NCBI GenBank assembly: GCA_963768855.1
Contig: CAVYJM010000006.1
Span: 288,001-352,000 of the forward strand
DNA length: 64,000 nucleotides
DNA from: an uncultured Thermoplasmata archaeon
GTDB lineage: Archaea; Thermoplasmatota; Thermoplasmata; RBG-16-68-12
Direction of reading: 5' to 3'
The notes under the pieces were generated by a model that saw only the letters and a program-made list of their open reading frames with translations, was not told the origin of the DNA and ran no database searches. This document shows, piece by piece, positions 28,126 to 37,227 of this stretch (positions within the stretch are counted from its first letter, which is position 1; each line of letters begins with the position of its first letter). A program made the translations under genes and the position numbers.

Positions 28126-28743
28126 ATGCCTCGGAGGGAGGTCCGCGACCTGGGGTCCGTCGTCGCCTTGGAGAGGGAGGTCGCGGCCCTTCACCGCCAG
28201 CTGCAGAGGCTCGAGCGCATGGTCCTCGAGCAGGAGCATCGGCTGCGGGCCGTCGCCAAGTCCTCGGAGTCCGGTGCCCGCCACCAGGCCGTCGTCTACG
28301 ACGCCCTCCGCCTCGGAGAGGGCGCGAAGAAGGGCGATCGCGGCGTGATCCGAGAACTGGAGGACTCCGTCGAGAGGATCGAGGACTATCTCCTCAAGAC
28401 GGCGGACCGGATCGAGACGATCCTCTCGGCCCTGAAGCAGCATCGGGAGTTGCTCGTCAGCGTGAACAAGCGCGTCCTCGACGTGGGGACGAAGGACCGG
28501 ATCCGCCTCGAGCTCGACGTGATGAAGAACACACTCTCCATCCTCTCCCTGAATGGCGTGGAGTTTGACGCCGGGCTCGTCAAGGAGATCGACACCCTGC
28601 GCGGCCGCCTGCGGCAGTCCGAGGATCTCATCCAGCTGGAGCAGGCGAAGGTCGAACTGGACAAGAAGTTCGATGGCGAGCTGAAGAAGTACGACCTCGA
28701 GGCCATCTGGGCCCGGAAGAAGGAGATTGCGGGGTACCGCTAG
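28126..28743 (+). CDS. Uncharacterised coiled-coil protein
   Basis: Heptad-rich helical sequence; start at ATG 28126 about 25 nt after a TTCTTAT box. Confidence 0.75.
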   Translation: MPRREVRDLGSVVALEREVAALHRQLQRLERMVLEQEHRLRAVAKSSESGARHQAVVYDALRLGEGAKKGDRGVIRELEDSVERIEDYLLKTADRIETILSALKQHRELLVSVNKRVLDVGTKDRIRLELDVMKNTLSILSLNGVEFDAGLVKEIDTLRGRLRQSEDLIQLEQAKVELDKKFDGELKKYDLEAIWARKKEIAGYR

Positions 28744-29603
28744 ACCCAGGATCGGGCCTCGGCGATCGACATGATTGCCTCGCGCACGAGGCGGGCCGCC
28801 AGGAGCGACGTCTGTCCGAGGTCCCACGCCGGGCTCACCTCGTTGAGGTCCATCCCAACGAGGTGCGGCGCCAACATGCCCAGAAGTCGCTTGACCTGGA
28901 GCGGCGCGAGACCGAAGGGCTCCGGGTTCCCGACGCCCGGCGCGTAGGCGGGATCGACGCCGTCGATGTCGATCGTCAGGTAAATCTTGTCCCGGTCCAC
29001 GGTCTTCAGCGCCCGTTCCACGGAACGCGCGATGCCCTCCTCGTGGATGTCGTATACGCTGATGAACGTCAGCCCGAGGCGGGCGAGGTCCTCCCGCTCC
29101 TCCTCGCTGAACGAGCGGACGCCCATGTAGACGACCTGCCCGACGCCGACATGATCGGCGCAGCGCCTCGCGGAGCACGCATGGGACCACTTGTCGTCCA
29201 GGTACGAGTCCCGGAAGTCGAGGTGGGCATCGATTCCGAGGACCGCGATGTCCTTGGGGAAGGCCTTCACGACGGCCGGCGCGAGGCTGTGCTCGCCGCC
29301 GAGGACAATCGGGACGCGGCCGTGTTTGATCACGTCGGTCGCCATCTTGGACACCCCTTCGACCATCTCGCTCGAGGGACCGAAGGAGCGCGTGTCGCCG
29401 ACGTCGGCCACGGGGATCTCGGACAGGCTGTGGCCGTGGTCCATCATGTACGCCTCGAAGTTGTACGAGGCCTGGCGGATCGCCCGAGGCGCGTACCGGC
29501 TCCCGCCGCGGAAGGAGCACGTGCGGTCGTAGGGCACGCCGAAGAGCGCGATCTTCGCGTCCTCGAGCTTCGCGTGCGCATCGGCGAACCGCGGCGCGGG
29601 CAT
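28740..29603 (-). CDS. speB: Agmatinase
   Basis: GGEHS, DAHLD, SHAC, DIDGVDP. Confidence 0.93.
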   Translation of the reverse strand: MPAPRFADAHAKLEDAKIALFGVPYDRTCSFRGGSRYAPRAIRQASYNFEAYMMDHGHSLSEIPVADVGDTRSFGPSSEMVEGVSKMATDVIKHGRVPIVLGGEHSLAPAVVKAFPKDIAVLGIDAHLDFRDSYLDDKWSHACSARRCADHVGVGQVVYMGVRSFSEEEREDLARLGLTFISVYDIHEEGIARSVERALKTVDRDKIYLTIDIDGVDPAYAPGVGNPEPFGLAPLQVKRLLGMLAPHLVGMDLNEVSPAWDLGQTSLLAARLVREAIMSIAEARSWV

Positions 29604-29649
29604 GGCCTCCCGAGAACCCCCTGCGATTATATGAGGCCGGCGGGCCCGG

Positions 29650-30036
29650 TCACGGCGTCGACAGCTTGCGCCGCCCGAGGGTCTCGATGTACATTTGTTC
29701 CTGCCCCGCCTGAAGGGACGCGCGCAGGTCCTCGGGGACCTCGATCTCGAAGGTCTCGTAGTTCTCCAGATCCATGAGTTGCGCCTTGTTGTCGTGGATG
29801 GAGAGGACCTGGGCCTTCCGCTTGTCGATCATCGGGACCCGGACCTTGTGCGTCACGGGATGGACCACGGACCGCTTCTGGCCGTCGAAGATTCCGACCG
29901 CCTCGAGCCTCGCCTTCGCCTCGCCGTGTTTCCCGGGTTTGGACATCTGGATGCTGATGATCTTGCACGGCTCGTCGTCGATGACGACGTAGCGGTTCAC
30001 CTTCAGCTCCCGCATTTCGGCCTGTTCCCACGACAT
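29650..30036 (-). CDS. eif5A: Translation factor aIF5A
   Basis: SKPGKHGEAKAR hypusine loop. Confidence 0.97.
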   Translation of the reverse strand: MSWEQAEMRELKVNRYVVIDDEPCKIISIQMSKPGKHGEAKARLEAVGIFDGQKRSVVHPVTHKVRVPMIDKRKAQVLSIHDNKAQLMDLENYETFEIEVPEDLRASLQAGQEQMYIETLGRRKLSTP

Positions 30037-30082
30037 GACGATTCCGTCCCGGCCGATGCGACCGGCCCATTAAAGCCTTTTC

Positions 30083-31145
30083 TTACCGCCTGCGCCGTGC
30101 GTGCGCGCGAGGCGCCGCCCGGGATGGCCGGCGGACGGGCTTCTTCTCCTTGCGCCTCCGGATCTCCGCGACCGCTCGGTCCAGGCTCGCCTGGAGCTCC
30201 GGCGCGATGTGACGGTGCGTGTACGCGTCTGCCCTCGCGGCCATCGCGATGCGTCCCGCGAACACCCGGGCGAGGGCTCCGCGTTGCCACGGCGGCGCGC
30301 GGTGGATCAGGGGATGCTGGAAGAGGACGCCGTGCTTCGGCGGCCTGGAGCCCGTCTTCAGGTGTCGGAAGAGCGCCCGCTCGGCCCCGAGGAGCTGGAC
30401 GGTGCCCGCCGGGTAGCGGGCCAGATCCTCGATGCTGCCCGCCAGGGTCACGAGCCGCGCCGCGATCATCGGACCGGCCAGCTCGGAGACGTTCGGCGCG
30501 AGGGAGCGGACCGAGCGCTCGACGTAGCCTTCGAGGTCCCGACGCTGGAGGGCGAGGCTCTGGGCCAGCGCGGCCATGCCGCGGATTTCGCGTTCCTCGG
30601 GCTCCCCGAGCTCCGCTCCGACGCTCTCTTGGGCGTCCAGGGGCAGGTTCTCGCGGCGCCCGTGCCTTCGCGACGAGCTCGAGGTACTGAGCCTCGTCCA
30701 CCATCCTGGCGAGCTCGGGGAAATGCAGCCCGTACCATTCGCGGATGCGTTCGACCAGGCCGTTCTCCTGCTCCTGGAGGTCGTCGACCGCGGCCACCGC
30801 CTGCCGCAGGTGGTCCTCCGGGCGGATCGCCTTCCGCATGCGCCGCTTCGCGAGTTCGACCATCGCGGCGTGCAGCAGGGTGCGGTCGAACCCGAACTGC
30901 GCCGGGTCTAGGAACGGCCCCTTCTCCGTCGAGAAGCGGCCGCCCGCCCGCTCGAGGCGCGGCTCCGTGACGAAGACCTCGTCCACGAGGCCCATGAGTT
31001 CCCGCTCCTCGTCCAGCACCTTCCAGTCCTCGACCTTCGCGAGCCGTTCGGCCAGGGCCTTCGGGTCCTTGGCGAACAACCGCTCGTGGACCACCGTCCC
31101 CTCGTCTAGGAGGAACGTCCCGAACCAGGTGGTCTGGAGGAGCAT
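30083..31145 (-). pseudogene. nop5: Nop5 (Nop56/58) C/D RNP protein with a single +1 frameshift near 30665
   Basis: The N-half (EWYGLHFPEL) and C-half (APNVSELAG, TVQLLGAERALFRHL, PPKHGVLFQHP) are in different frames; removing one C at 30665/30666 restores a 353-aa ORF. Confidence 0.85.
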
Positions 31146-31184
31146 CCCGGGGTCAACCGCGCGGACGCCTAAAAGGGTATCCGC

Positions 31185-32225
31185 CTAGCGCCGCCGCTTC
31201 GTCGGCGCCTTCCGCCGCGGCGTGGGCTTCCCCATCCGCCGCAGGTCGCCGGGTCGGTGGATGCCGGCCTCTGTGATGATCCCGCGAATGTACTTGGCCG
31301 GGGTCACGTCGAAGGCGGGGTTCCGGGCTGGGCTTTCCTTCGGCGCGACGGGGGTCCCTGCGAACTGGAGCACCTCCTGGGGCGAGCGCTCCTCGATCGG
31401 GATCTTGGAGCCGGCCGGGATCGCGAAGTCGATCGTGCTCGTTGGGGCGGCGACGTAGAAGGGCACGTGATGCTCCTTCGCGACAACTGCTTTCATGTAC
31501 GTGCCAATCTTGTTCGCCGTGTCTCCGTTCGCGGCGATCCGGTCCGCACCCACGAGGACAAGGTCCACCTCGCCGCGGCTCAGGAAGTGGCCCGACGCGC
31601 TGTCTGTCAAGATCGCGTGCTCGATTCCCTCCTGGACGAGCTCCCATGCGGTCAGGCGCGCTCCCTGCAATCGCGGCCGGGTCTCGCTCACGTAGACGAA
31701 GAACTTCCTCCCCTGCTCCTTGGCGGCCCGGATCGGCGCCAAGGCGGTGCCGACGTCGACCGCCGCGAGCGCGCCGGCGTTGCAGTGCGTCAGGATCCGG
31801 GTTCCGTTCTTGATGAGCTTCGCGCCATGCTCGCCGATCTTGCGGCAGCGGTCGACGTCCTCCTGGGCGTATCGATCCGCTGCCGACACCGGGTCCTCGC
31901 CCGCGTCGATCGCCTTGATCATGTACTCGATTGCGAAGAACAGGTCATGGCCCGTCGGGCGCGTCTTGCGCAGCCGGTCTGCGGCCTCCCGCACGCTCCC
32001 TCCCTGAAGGCGGGCCTGCGCCATCCCAAACGCGGCGGCCGCGCCGATCGCGGGCGCCCCGCGCACGACCATGTCTTCGATCGCGACGGCGAGCTCCTCC
32101 AGCCCGCGGGCCTCGTAGAACCGGACCTCGAAGGGCAGGAACCGCTGGTCGATGAGCTTGACGAGGCCGTCCTCGAACCAGACCGTGCGCACGTCCCGCG
32201 ACGCGCCGTCCAGCGTGACCCGCAC
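31185..32225 (-). CDS. mtnA: 5-methylthioribose-1-phosphate isomerase (eIF2B-alpha family)
   Basis: VRGAPAIG, THCNAGALA, ETRPRLQGARLT, GADRIAANGDTANKIGT. Confidence 0.88.
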   Translation of the reverse strand: MRVTLDGASRDVRTVWFEDGLVKLIDQRFLPFEVRFYEARGLEELAVAIEDMVVRGAPAIGAAAAFGMAQARLQGGSVREAADRLRKTRPTGHDLFFAIEYMIKAIDAGEDPVSAADRYAQEDVDRCRKIGEHGAKLIKNGTRILTHCNAGALAAVDVGTALAPIRAAKEQGRKFFVYVSETRPRLQGARLTAWELVQEGIEHAILTDSASGHFLSRGEVDLVLVGADRIAANGDTANKIGTYMKAVVAKEHHVPFYVAAPTSTIDFAIPAGSKIPIEERSPQEVLQFAGTPVAPKESPARNPAFDVTPAKYIRGIITEAGIHRPGDLRRMGKPTPRRKAPTKRRR

Positions 32226-32237
32226 GACTGTCCCCCC

Positions 32238-32468
32238 TCAGCTCTTGCGCAGGGACGAGAGCAGGCTCCCGAGCCCCGGTCGGCCGAGTTCCTTCTTCAT
32301 GTCCCGCGTCAGGTTGTCGTAGTAGGACACCTGCTGATCGACCCGGACGAGCTCTCCATCGAGCCGACGCCGCTCCTCGTCGACCTGGTCGAGGGCCGTC
32401 AGCAAGCGGCGTTCCCGCTGTCGCCACCGCGTGAATTCCTTCTGGGTTGCTTCGAGGGCGCTCGCCAA
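32238..32468 (-). CDS. Small coiled-coil protein (76 aa), paralogue of the next gene
   Basis: TTG start with GGTGA SD; MASALEATQKEFTRWRQRERRLL... Confidence 0.7.
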   Translation of the reverse strand: MASALEATQKEFTRWRQRERRLLTALDQVDEERRRLDGELVRVDQQVSYYDNLTRDMKKELGRPGLGSLLSSLRKS

Positions 32469-32472
32469 GGGA

Positions 32473-32700
32473 TCACCGCATCGCCGTGGGGGGAACCGGC
32501 CGCCCTCCCTGGATCTGCGGGCTCTTGAGGTCCGTGAGGAGGCCACTGTACTGGGCGACCTTCTTCCGAGTGCGGTCCAATTCCCGCTGCAGGTAGGCCT
32601 TCCGGCGGTCGAGCTGCCGGATGCGCTCTCGGATGCGGTCCCTCCGCTCGCGCCACTTCTTCCGCTCTTCGAGTGCGAGCAGGACGCCAGATGGGTCCAT
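32473..32700 (-). CDS. Small basic coiled-coil protein (75 aa)
   Basis: ERKKWRERRDRIRERIRQLDRRKAYLQREL heptads. Confidence 0.75.
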   Translation of the reverse strand: MDPSGVLLALEERKKWRERRDRIRERIRQLDRRKAYLQRELDRTRKKVAQYSGLLTDLKSPQIQGGRPVPPTAMR

Positions 32701-32749
32701 CGTGCGGGGAGACCAGAAGGTGCCGAGTATTTAATCGTGATGTCGTCCC

Positions 32750-33082
32750 TCACTCTTCGTCGATTGTCACGGACGGGACGAGCTCCCGAAGCGCATTTGC
32801 CACGCCGAGCAGCTGCGCGAGGAAGTCCCTCGCGACGCCTTCCGCAGTGTCGATTCCGATGACGAGGTCTAGGTCCTCGACGCGGGCGACCGTCACGAAC
32901 TTGGCCACGGTGCGGTCCGTGGCCGCATCCGTGACGTGGACGCGAGCCACGAGGTTCGCGCCGTCGCGCGAGGTCGACAGGTGGATCGCTAGGCCATGGC
33001 CCCCGAGCTCGCGCTTCACGATGGCCCGCTTCTCCTCCGCATGGTCTGTGGGCACGTGCACACCTCGCGGTAACCATGCCAC
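32750..33082 (-). CDS. Hypothetical protein (110 aa)
   Basis: Plausible codon usage and alpha/beta composition; fills the gap between kamA and the coiled-coil pair. Confidence 0.65.
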   Translation of the reverse strand: MAWLPRGVHVPTDHAEEKRAIVKRELGGHGLAIHLSTSRDGANLVARVHVTDAATDRTVAKFVTVARVEDLDLVIGIDTAEGVARDFLAQLLGVANALRELVPSVTIDEE

Positions 33083-33106
33083 GTCGGTGTAATCAAACTG
33101 ACGGGC

Positions 33107-34450
33107 CTAGCGGCTGGCGGCCGGCACGGTGACTTCAATCCTCTTCGCGTGGCGCCGTTTCTCCCGCAGCGAATCGGGCGGGACGAGATTGCTGCGCTGG
33201 CCTCCCAGGATGCCGGCGACCCCCTCCCGCGACGTGCGCTCGTCCGTCTGGCAGTGCTCGCAGTGATCCGGGCAGGCGGTCGGAGGGATATCCGGCTCGG
33301 GGTACGAGAAGATCCCGCCTTCGTAGTTGCGGATGACGATCTTCTTGTCGCTCTGGCTGATCAGGTAGTTCGGCCCGATCGGGACCTTGCCGCCTCCGCC
33401 CGGCGCATCCACGATGAACAGGGGCACGGCGAAGCCGGAGGTGTGTCCGCGGAGGGCCTCGGCGATCTCGATGCCCGTGGACACGCGCGTGCGGAAGTGC
33501 TCGATGCCCTCGCTCAGGTCGCACTGGTAGAAGTAGTACGGCCGGACGCGGTTCAGGACGAGCTTGTGCGCGAGGTTCTTCATGATCGTGGGGCAGTCGT
33601 TGATGCCGCGCAGCAGGACCGTCTGGTTCCCCAGCGGGATGCCCGCGTCGGCCAGCATCGCCAGGGCCTTCGACGCGTCCGGCGTGATCTCCTTCGGGTG
33701 GTTGAAGTGGGTGTTGAGCCACAGCGGGTGGTACTTCTTCAGGATCGAGACGAGCTGGGGCGTGATCCGCATCGGGAGGGTGCACGGCGCACGGGATCCG
33801 ATGCGCACAATCTCGATGTGGTCGATCTCCCGCAGGCGCTTCAGGATGTGCTCGAGGTACTCGTCGTTGACCATGAGCGGATCGCCGCCGCTGAGCAGGA
33901 CATCCCGCACCTCCTTCGCCTTCTCGAGGTACTCGAATGCGGGCTCGAGATCCTTCGTCGACATGGCGCCGTGGGAATGGGCCGTGAAGCGCCGGCGCGT
34001 GCAAAACCGGCAGTACATCGCGCAGTAATCCGTGATGAGCAAGAGGACCCGGTCCGGGTAGCGGTGCGTCAGATGCGGGACAGGTGAATCGACGTCCTCG
34101 TAGAGCGGATCGTGCTGGTCCACGCCGGAGAAGTGGGTCTCCTGGACGCGGGGCACCGCCTGGAGACGCACGGGGCAGTTCGGGTCGTTCGGGTCCATCA
34201 GGCTCGCATAGTACGGCGGGATCCCGAACTTGAAGTACTTCGCGCAGTCGACGACGCCGCGCTCCTCGTCCTCCGTGAGCGGGACGACCTGGCGCACTTC
34301 CTCCAGGCTCTTGACCACGTGGGCGGCCTGCCACTTCCAGTCGTTCCACTGCGCTTCCGTCACGTCGCGCCACAGGGGGATTTCCTGCCAGTGGCGGACC
34401 TCGCTCGTCACCGCTCCCGTCGAGGAGCGGCGAGGCTCTGCGATGACCAT
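33107..34450 (-). CDS. kamA: Lysine 2,3-aminomutase (KamA/AblA radical SAM)
   Basis: CAMYCRFC, LSGGDPL, PNY near the PLP Lys (GGKVP), Zn ligands CPTIM and CPDHCEHC. Confidence 0.9.
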   Translation of the reverse strand: MVIAEPRRSSTGAVTSEVRHWQEIPLWRDVTEAQWNDWKWQAAHVVKSLEEVRQVVPLTEDEERGVVDCAKYFKFGIPPYYASLMDPNDPNCPVRLQAVPRVQETHFSGVDQHDPLYEDVDSPVPHLTHRYPDRVLLLITDYCAMYCRFCTRRRFTAHSHGAMSTKDLEPAFEYLEKAKEVRDVLLSGGDPLMVNDEYLEHILKRLREIDHIEIVRIGSRAPCTLPMRITPQLVSILKKYHPLWLNTHFNHPKEITPDASKALAMLADAGIPLGNQTVLLRGINDCPTIMKNLAHKLVLNRVRPYYFYQCDLSEGIEHFRTRVSTGIEIAEALRGHTSGFAVPLFIVDAPGGGGKVPIGPNYLISQSDKKIVIRNYEGGIFSYPEPDIPPTACPDHCEHCQTDERTSREGVAGILGGQRSNLVPPDSLREKRRHAKRIEVTVPAASR

Positions 34451-34605
34451 GCCCCGGACCTCCGGACACTTGTCTCGGATGTGCTCGGAGTGAGAGTGTC
34501 CGAGGCGGGATTTAGCGGCATTGTACTTTCAATTCCAATAACCCCCATTCCGGCGACGAGGTTCGATGGAGATTTATACGACCGGAACCTTTGCGCGCTC
34601 CCGCT

Positions 34606-34678
34606 GGGCTCGTGGTCTAGTGGTTATGACATCGCTCTCACACAGCGAAGGTCACCGGTTCGAATCCGGTCGAGCCCA
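34606..34678 (+). tRNA. tRNA-Val(CAC)
   Basis: Acceptor GGGCTCG/CGAGCCC; anticodon stem TCGCT/AGCGA with loop CTCACAC; T-loop TTCGAAT. Confidence 0.95.
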
Positions 34679-34735
34679 CTCTCCTTTCGGATAGGCGCCA
34701 TTCGTATTCAAGGTGGGACGTGCGCCCGGGCCGCG

Positions 34736-35065
34736 TCACGGCTGGGGGAGCACCGGGACCGACGAGGCGGTCAGGGCCGCGACGAGCACGAACACGAGGG
34801 CGAGCGCGCCGAACGGGATGAGCATGATCCACCGCGGCTCGTACTTCAGGTGCATGTAGTACGCGGCCACGAGGCTCGCCTTGAATGTCGCGAGGACGAT
34901 CAGGAGCGAGATGCGGTCGATGGCCTGCGGGAAGTTCAGCATGGAGACGTAGACCTCGATGAGCGTGACCACCGCGAGGACGATGAACACATACACGTAC
35001 GGGCGCCGCACGTGTTCCTCCGTCGCCCCGACCACCGGGACCGCCGTTGCCGCTTCCGCCGCCAT
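34736..35065 (-). CDS. Haem-copper oxidase subunit IV (CtaF/CoxD-like)
   Basis: Three TM helices; KASLVAAYYMHLKYE motif. Confidence 0.85.
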   Translation of the reverse strand: MAAEAATAVPVVGATEEHVRRPYVYVFIVLAVVTLIEVYVSMLNFPQAIDRISLLIVLATFKASLVAAYYMHLKYEPRWIMLIPFGALALVFVLVAALTASSVPVLPQP

Positions 35066-35076
35066 CGTCCTCTCCC

Positions 35077-35898
35077 TCAGATCAGGTACACGAGCGTGAA
35101 CAGGAAGATCCACACGACGTCCACGAAGTGCCAATACAGGCCGACGAGCTCGACGGTCTCGTGGTTCTCCTTCGAGAAGCCGCCCTTCCAGGCCTTGACG
35201 TTCAGGTAGGCGAGGGCGAGGACGCCCGCGGTCACGTGGGCGCCGTGCGTCCCAGTCTGGGCGAAGAAGGCGGCTCCGAAATTGGCGTTGATCCCATCCG
35301 GAGCGCTCGTGAACGTCAAGTGGTCCGTGAAGTAGAGATGATAGAACTCGTTCGCCTGGAAGGCCAGGAACGTGATGCCGAGCAGCATCGTGGCGAGCAG
35401 GAAATAACGCATGTGCTTCTGGTCGCCGCGCTCGATGGCGGCGAGGGCCTCGACCATCGTGAGGCTCGAGCAGATCAGGATGAACGTGACGAACGCGGTC
35501 CCGGGGACGTTCAGGATCTGGCCCGAGTACGCCCACGGCAGACCGGTCGTCTCGGTCGTGCGCAGCCGCACGGTCCATGCAGCCCCGATGATGGCCGAGA
35601 AGAACATGACTTCCGTCGCGAGGAACAGCCATGTCGCGAGCTTCCGCGCGCTGACCCGGCCCAGGACGGGCAGGTTCTCCGTCCCCGGTCCGTAGAACGC
35701 ACGAGGCGTCGTGCGCAGGTCGTCGCGCAGCCAGCCCACCGCCCCGCTCACGAACACCACGAGGCCGAGGACCATCAGCGGGAGGTTGATGATCAGCCCG
35801 ACGTAGGACACCGCCGCCCCGATCGCGATCACGAAGGGCCATGGGCTACCGTGGTGGACGTTCGGTTCCCGATACCTTCTCGTCCGGGCCTCCGCCAT
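35077..35898 (-). CDS. coxC: Haem-copper oxidase subunit III
   Basis: WLFLATEVMFFS, LICSSLTM, HGAHV, GLYWHFVDVVWIFLF. Confidence 0.92.
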   Translation of the reverse strand: MAEARTRRYREPNVHHGSPWPFVIAIGAAVSYVGLIINLPLMVLGLVVFVSGAVGWLRDDLRTTPRAFYGPGTENLPVLGRVSARKLATWLFLATEVMFFSAIIGAAWTVRLRTTETTGLPWAYSGQILNVPGTAFVTFILICSSLTMVEALAAIERGDQKHMRYFLLATMLLGITFLAFQANEFYHLYFTDHLTFTSAPDGINANFGAAFFAQTGTHGAHVTAGVLALAYLNVKAWKGGFSKENHETVELVGLYWHFVDVVWIFLFTLVYLI

Positions 35899-36192
35899 TC
35901 ACGCCCTCGATTCGCGCGACTGAAGACTCGGTCGGCTATAACATCTTCGGTTATCCGAAAAGTTCAGACGACGAACGTCGTAGCCGCAGGACGAATCCGC
36001 GACGGACAAGACAGCAGGTCAGTTGGGGCGGTACACCCAGGGATTGTGCGCCAGGGAGAGGAACAAGTCCCGCGACCTGGACCACTCGATCAGCCAGTTA
36101 GGCACCGCGATCCGCGGCCCCTGGGGCGGCATCCGCATGCGTGCGTCGTTCCCGCGCGCGGGGATAAAGGCATCGACGTTCGTGCTGATTCT

Positions 36193-36205
36193 TGTTCTTA
36201 GAACA
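36193..36205. promoter_or_regulatory. Palindromic operator candidate between the divergent coxC and GTPase genes
   Basis: TGTTCT-T-AGAACA in an AT-rich patch. Confidence 0.35.
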
Positions 36206-36401
36206 TAGAACGCAGGGGCCGGCGGACGATCGACGTGTTGATTCTCAGCATAGGCGGTGCTCGCGGATCGCGGTCGTCCCAGGCGAACCGCGACCCGAAC
36301 GACGGGATGCGACACCGTACGGGTGGTTACGCTGCCCGAGCATACCGGCGAAATACCTTATACGCACGGCCCAGATGCAGGAGGCGCGGCGGGATGACCA
36401 C

Positions 36402-37208
36402 ATGCCCACGGTCCGTCGGATGAAGACGAAACTGGCCCTCATGGGGGAGGGCGGAGTGGGCAAGACCTCGCTGATCCGCCGTTTCGTCCTCGACGAGTAC
36501 CAGGACACGTACCTCCACACGATTGGGACGAAGGTGAGCAAGATCGAGCTGACCGTCCCGTACGGGACCGACATCGAAGTCCAGATGGACATGTCCCTCT
36601 TCGACATCATGGGCCAGCACGGGTTCCGGGATCTCGTCCGGGAGACCTACTTCCACGGGGCGCAGGCCATCATGGCCGTCTGCGACATCACCCGGCTCGA
36701 TAGCCTGACCGCGCTCGGTACCTGGATCCCTTCGGGCTTGGAGATCGCCGGCGACGTGCCCGTGTTCATCATCGTCAACAAGAAGGACCTGATCGACCGC
36801 CGCGCCTTCACGGACGAGCAGATTCGGAACGCGGCCGAGCCGTTCAGCGCCCCCTGGGTCATGACCTCGGCGAAGACGGGCGAGTTCGTGGACGACGCGT
36901 TCAATGCCCTCGCCGTGGAAATCGTGGACCGCGCGATGCGGACCGAGCAGTCCCGGGCCGTGGAGCGCGGCCTGCGGGAGAAGATCCTCCTCCTCCTTGC
37001 GAAGCGCGGGACGCTTGGCCTCAAGAAGACCCAGTTCTTCGAGATCCTCCGCGGCGTGAGCTACGACGAACTCCAGCGGGAGCTCAACCAGCTTGAGCGG
37101 GACGGCCTCATCGTGCTGGGCTGGCACGGCCCCGCCGACTTCACGGCCACGATTACGACGCGTGGGGTGGAAGCGAGCAAGGGGTCCGCGTCTCCCCTCG
37201 AGGAGTGA
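36402..37208 (+). CDS. Rab-like small GTPase with a C-terminal winged-helix domain
   Basis: G1 GEGGVGKT, G2 TIG, G3 DIMGQ, G4 NKKD, G5 SAK; about 80-aa wHTH-like tail; start could be 36375 or 36420. Confidence 0.87.
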   Translation: MPTVRRMKTKLALMGEGGVGKTSLIRRFVLDEYQDTYLHTIGTKVSKIELTVPYGTDIEVQMDMSLFDIMGQHGFRDLVRETYFHGAQAIMAVCDITRLDSLTALGTWIPSGLEIAGDVPVFIIVNKKDLIDRRAFTDEQIRNAAEPFSAPWVMTSAKTGEFVDDAFNALAVEIVDRAMRTEQSRAVERGLREKILLLLAKRGTLGLKKTQFFEILRGVSYDELQRELNQLERDGLIVLGWHGPADFTATITTRGVEASKGSASPLEE

Positions 37209-37227
37209 TCCCTCCGGCGGGTGACGC

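Noticed and set aside
33107-34450. Calling the radical SAM gene EpmB
   Set aside because: It is full length with the Zn-binding cysteines of true lysine 2,3-aminomutase, and no epmA is in the window
5898-34678. tRNA-Val genes as integration sites bounding an island
   Set aside because: No duplicated tRNA 3' end seen, no integrase, and the content between them is housekeeping
36058-36070. GAGGAACAAGTCC resembling the RNase P RNA 5' motif
   Set aside because: Imperfect match, and no matching 3' P4 strand found downstream
36019-36315. 98-aa minus-strand ORF upstream of coxC
   Set aside because: No motif, atypical composition, and it crosses the probable promoter region
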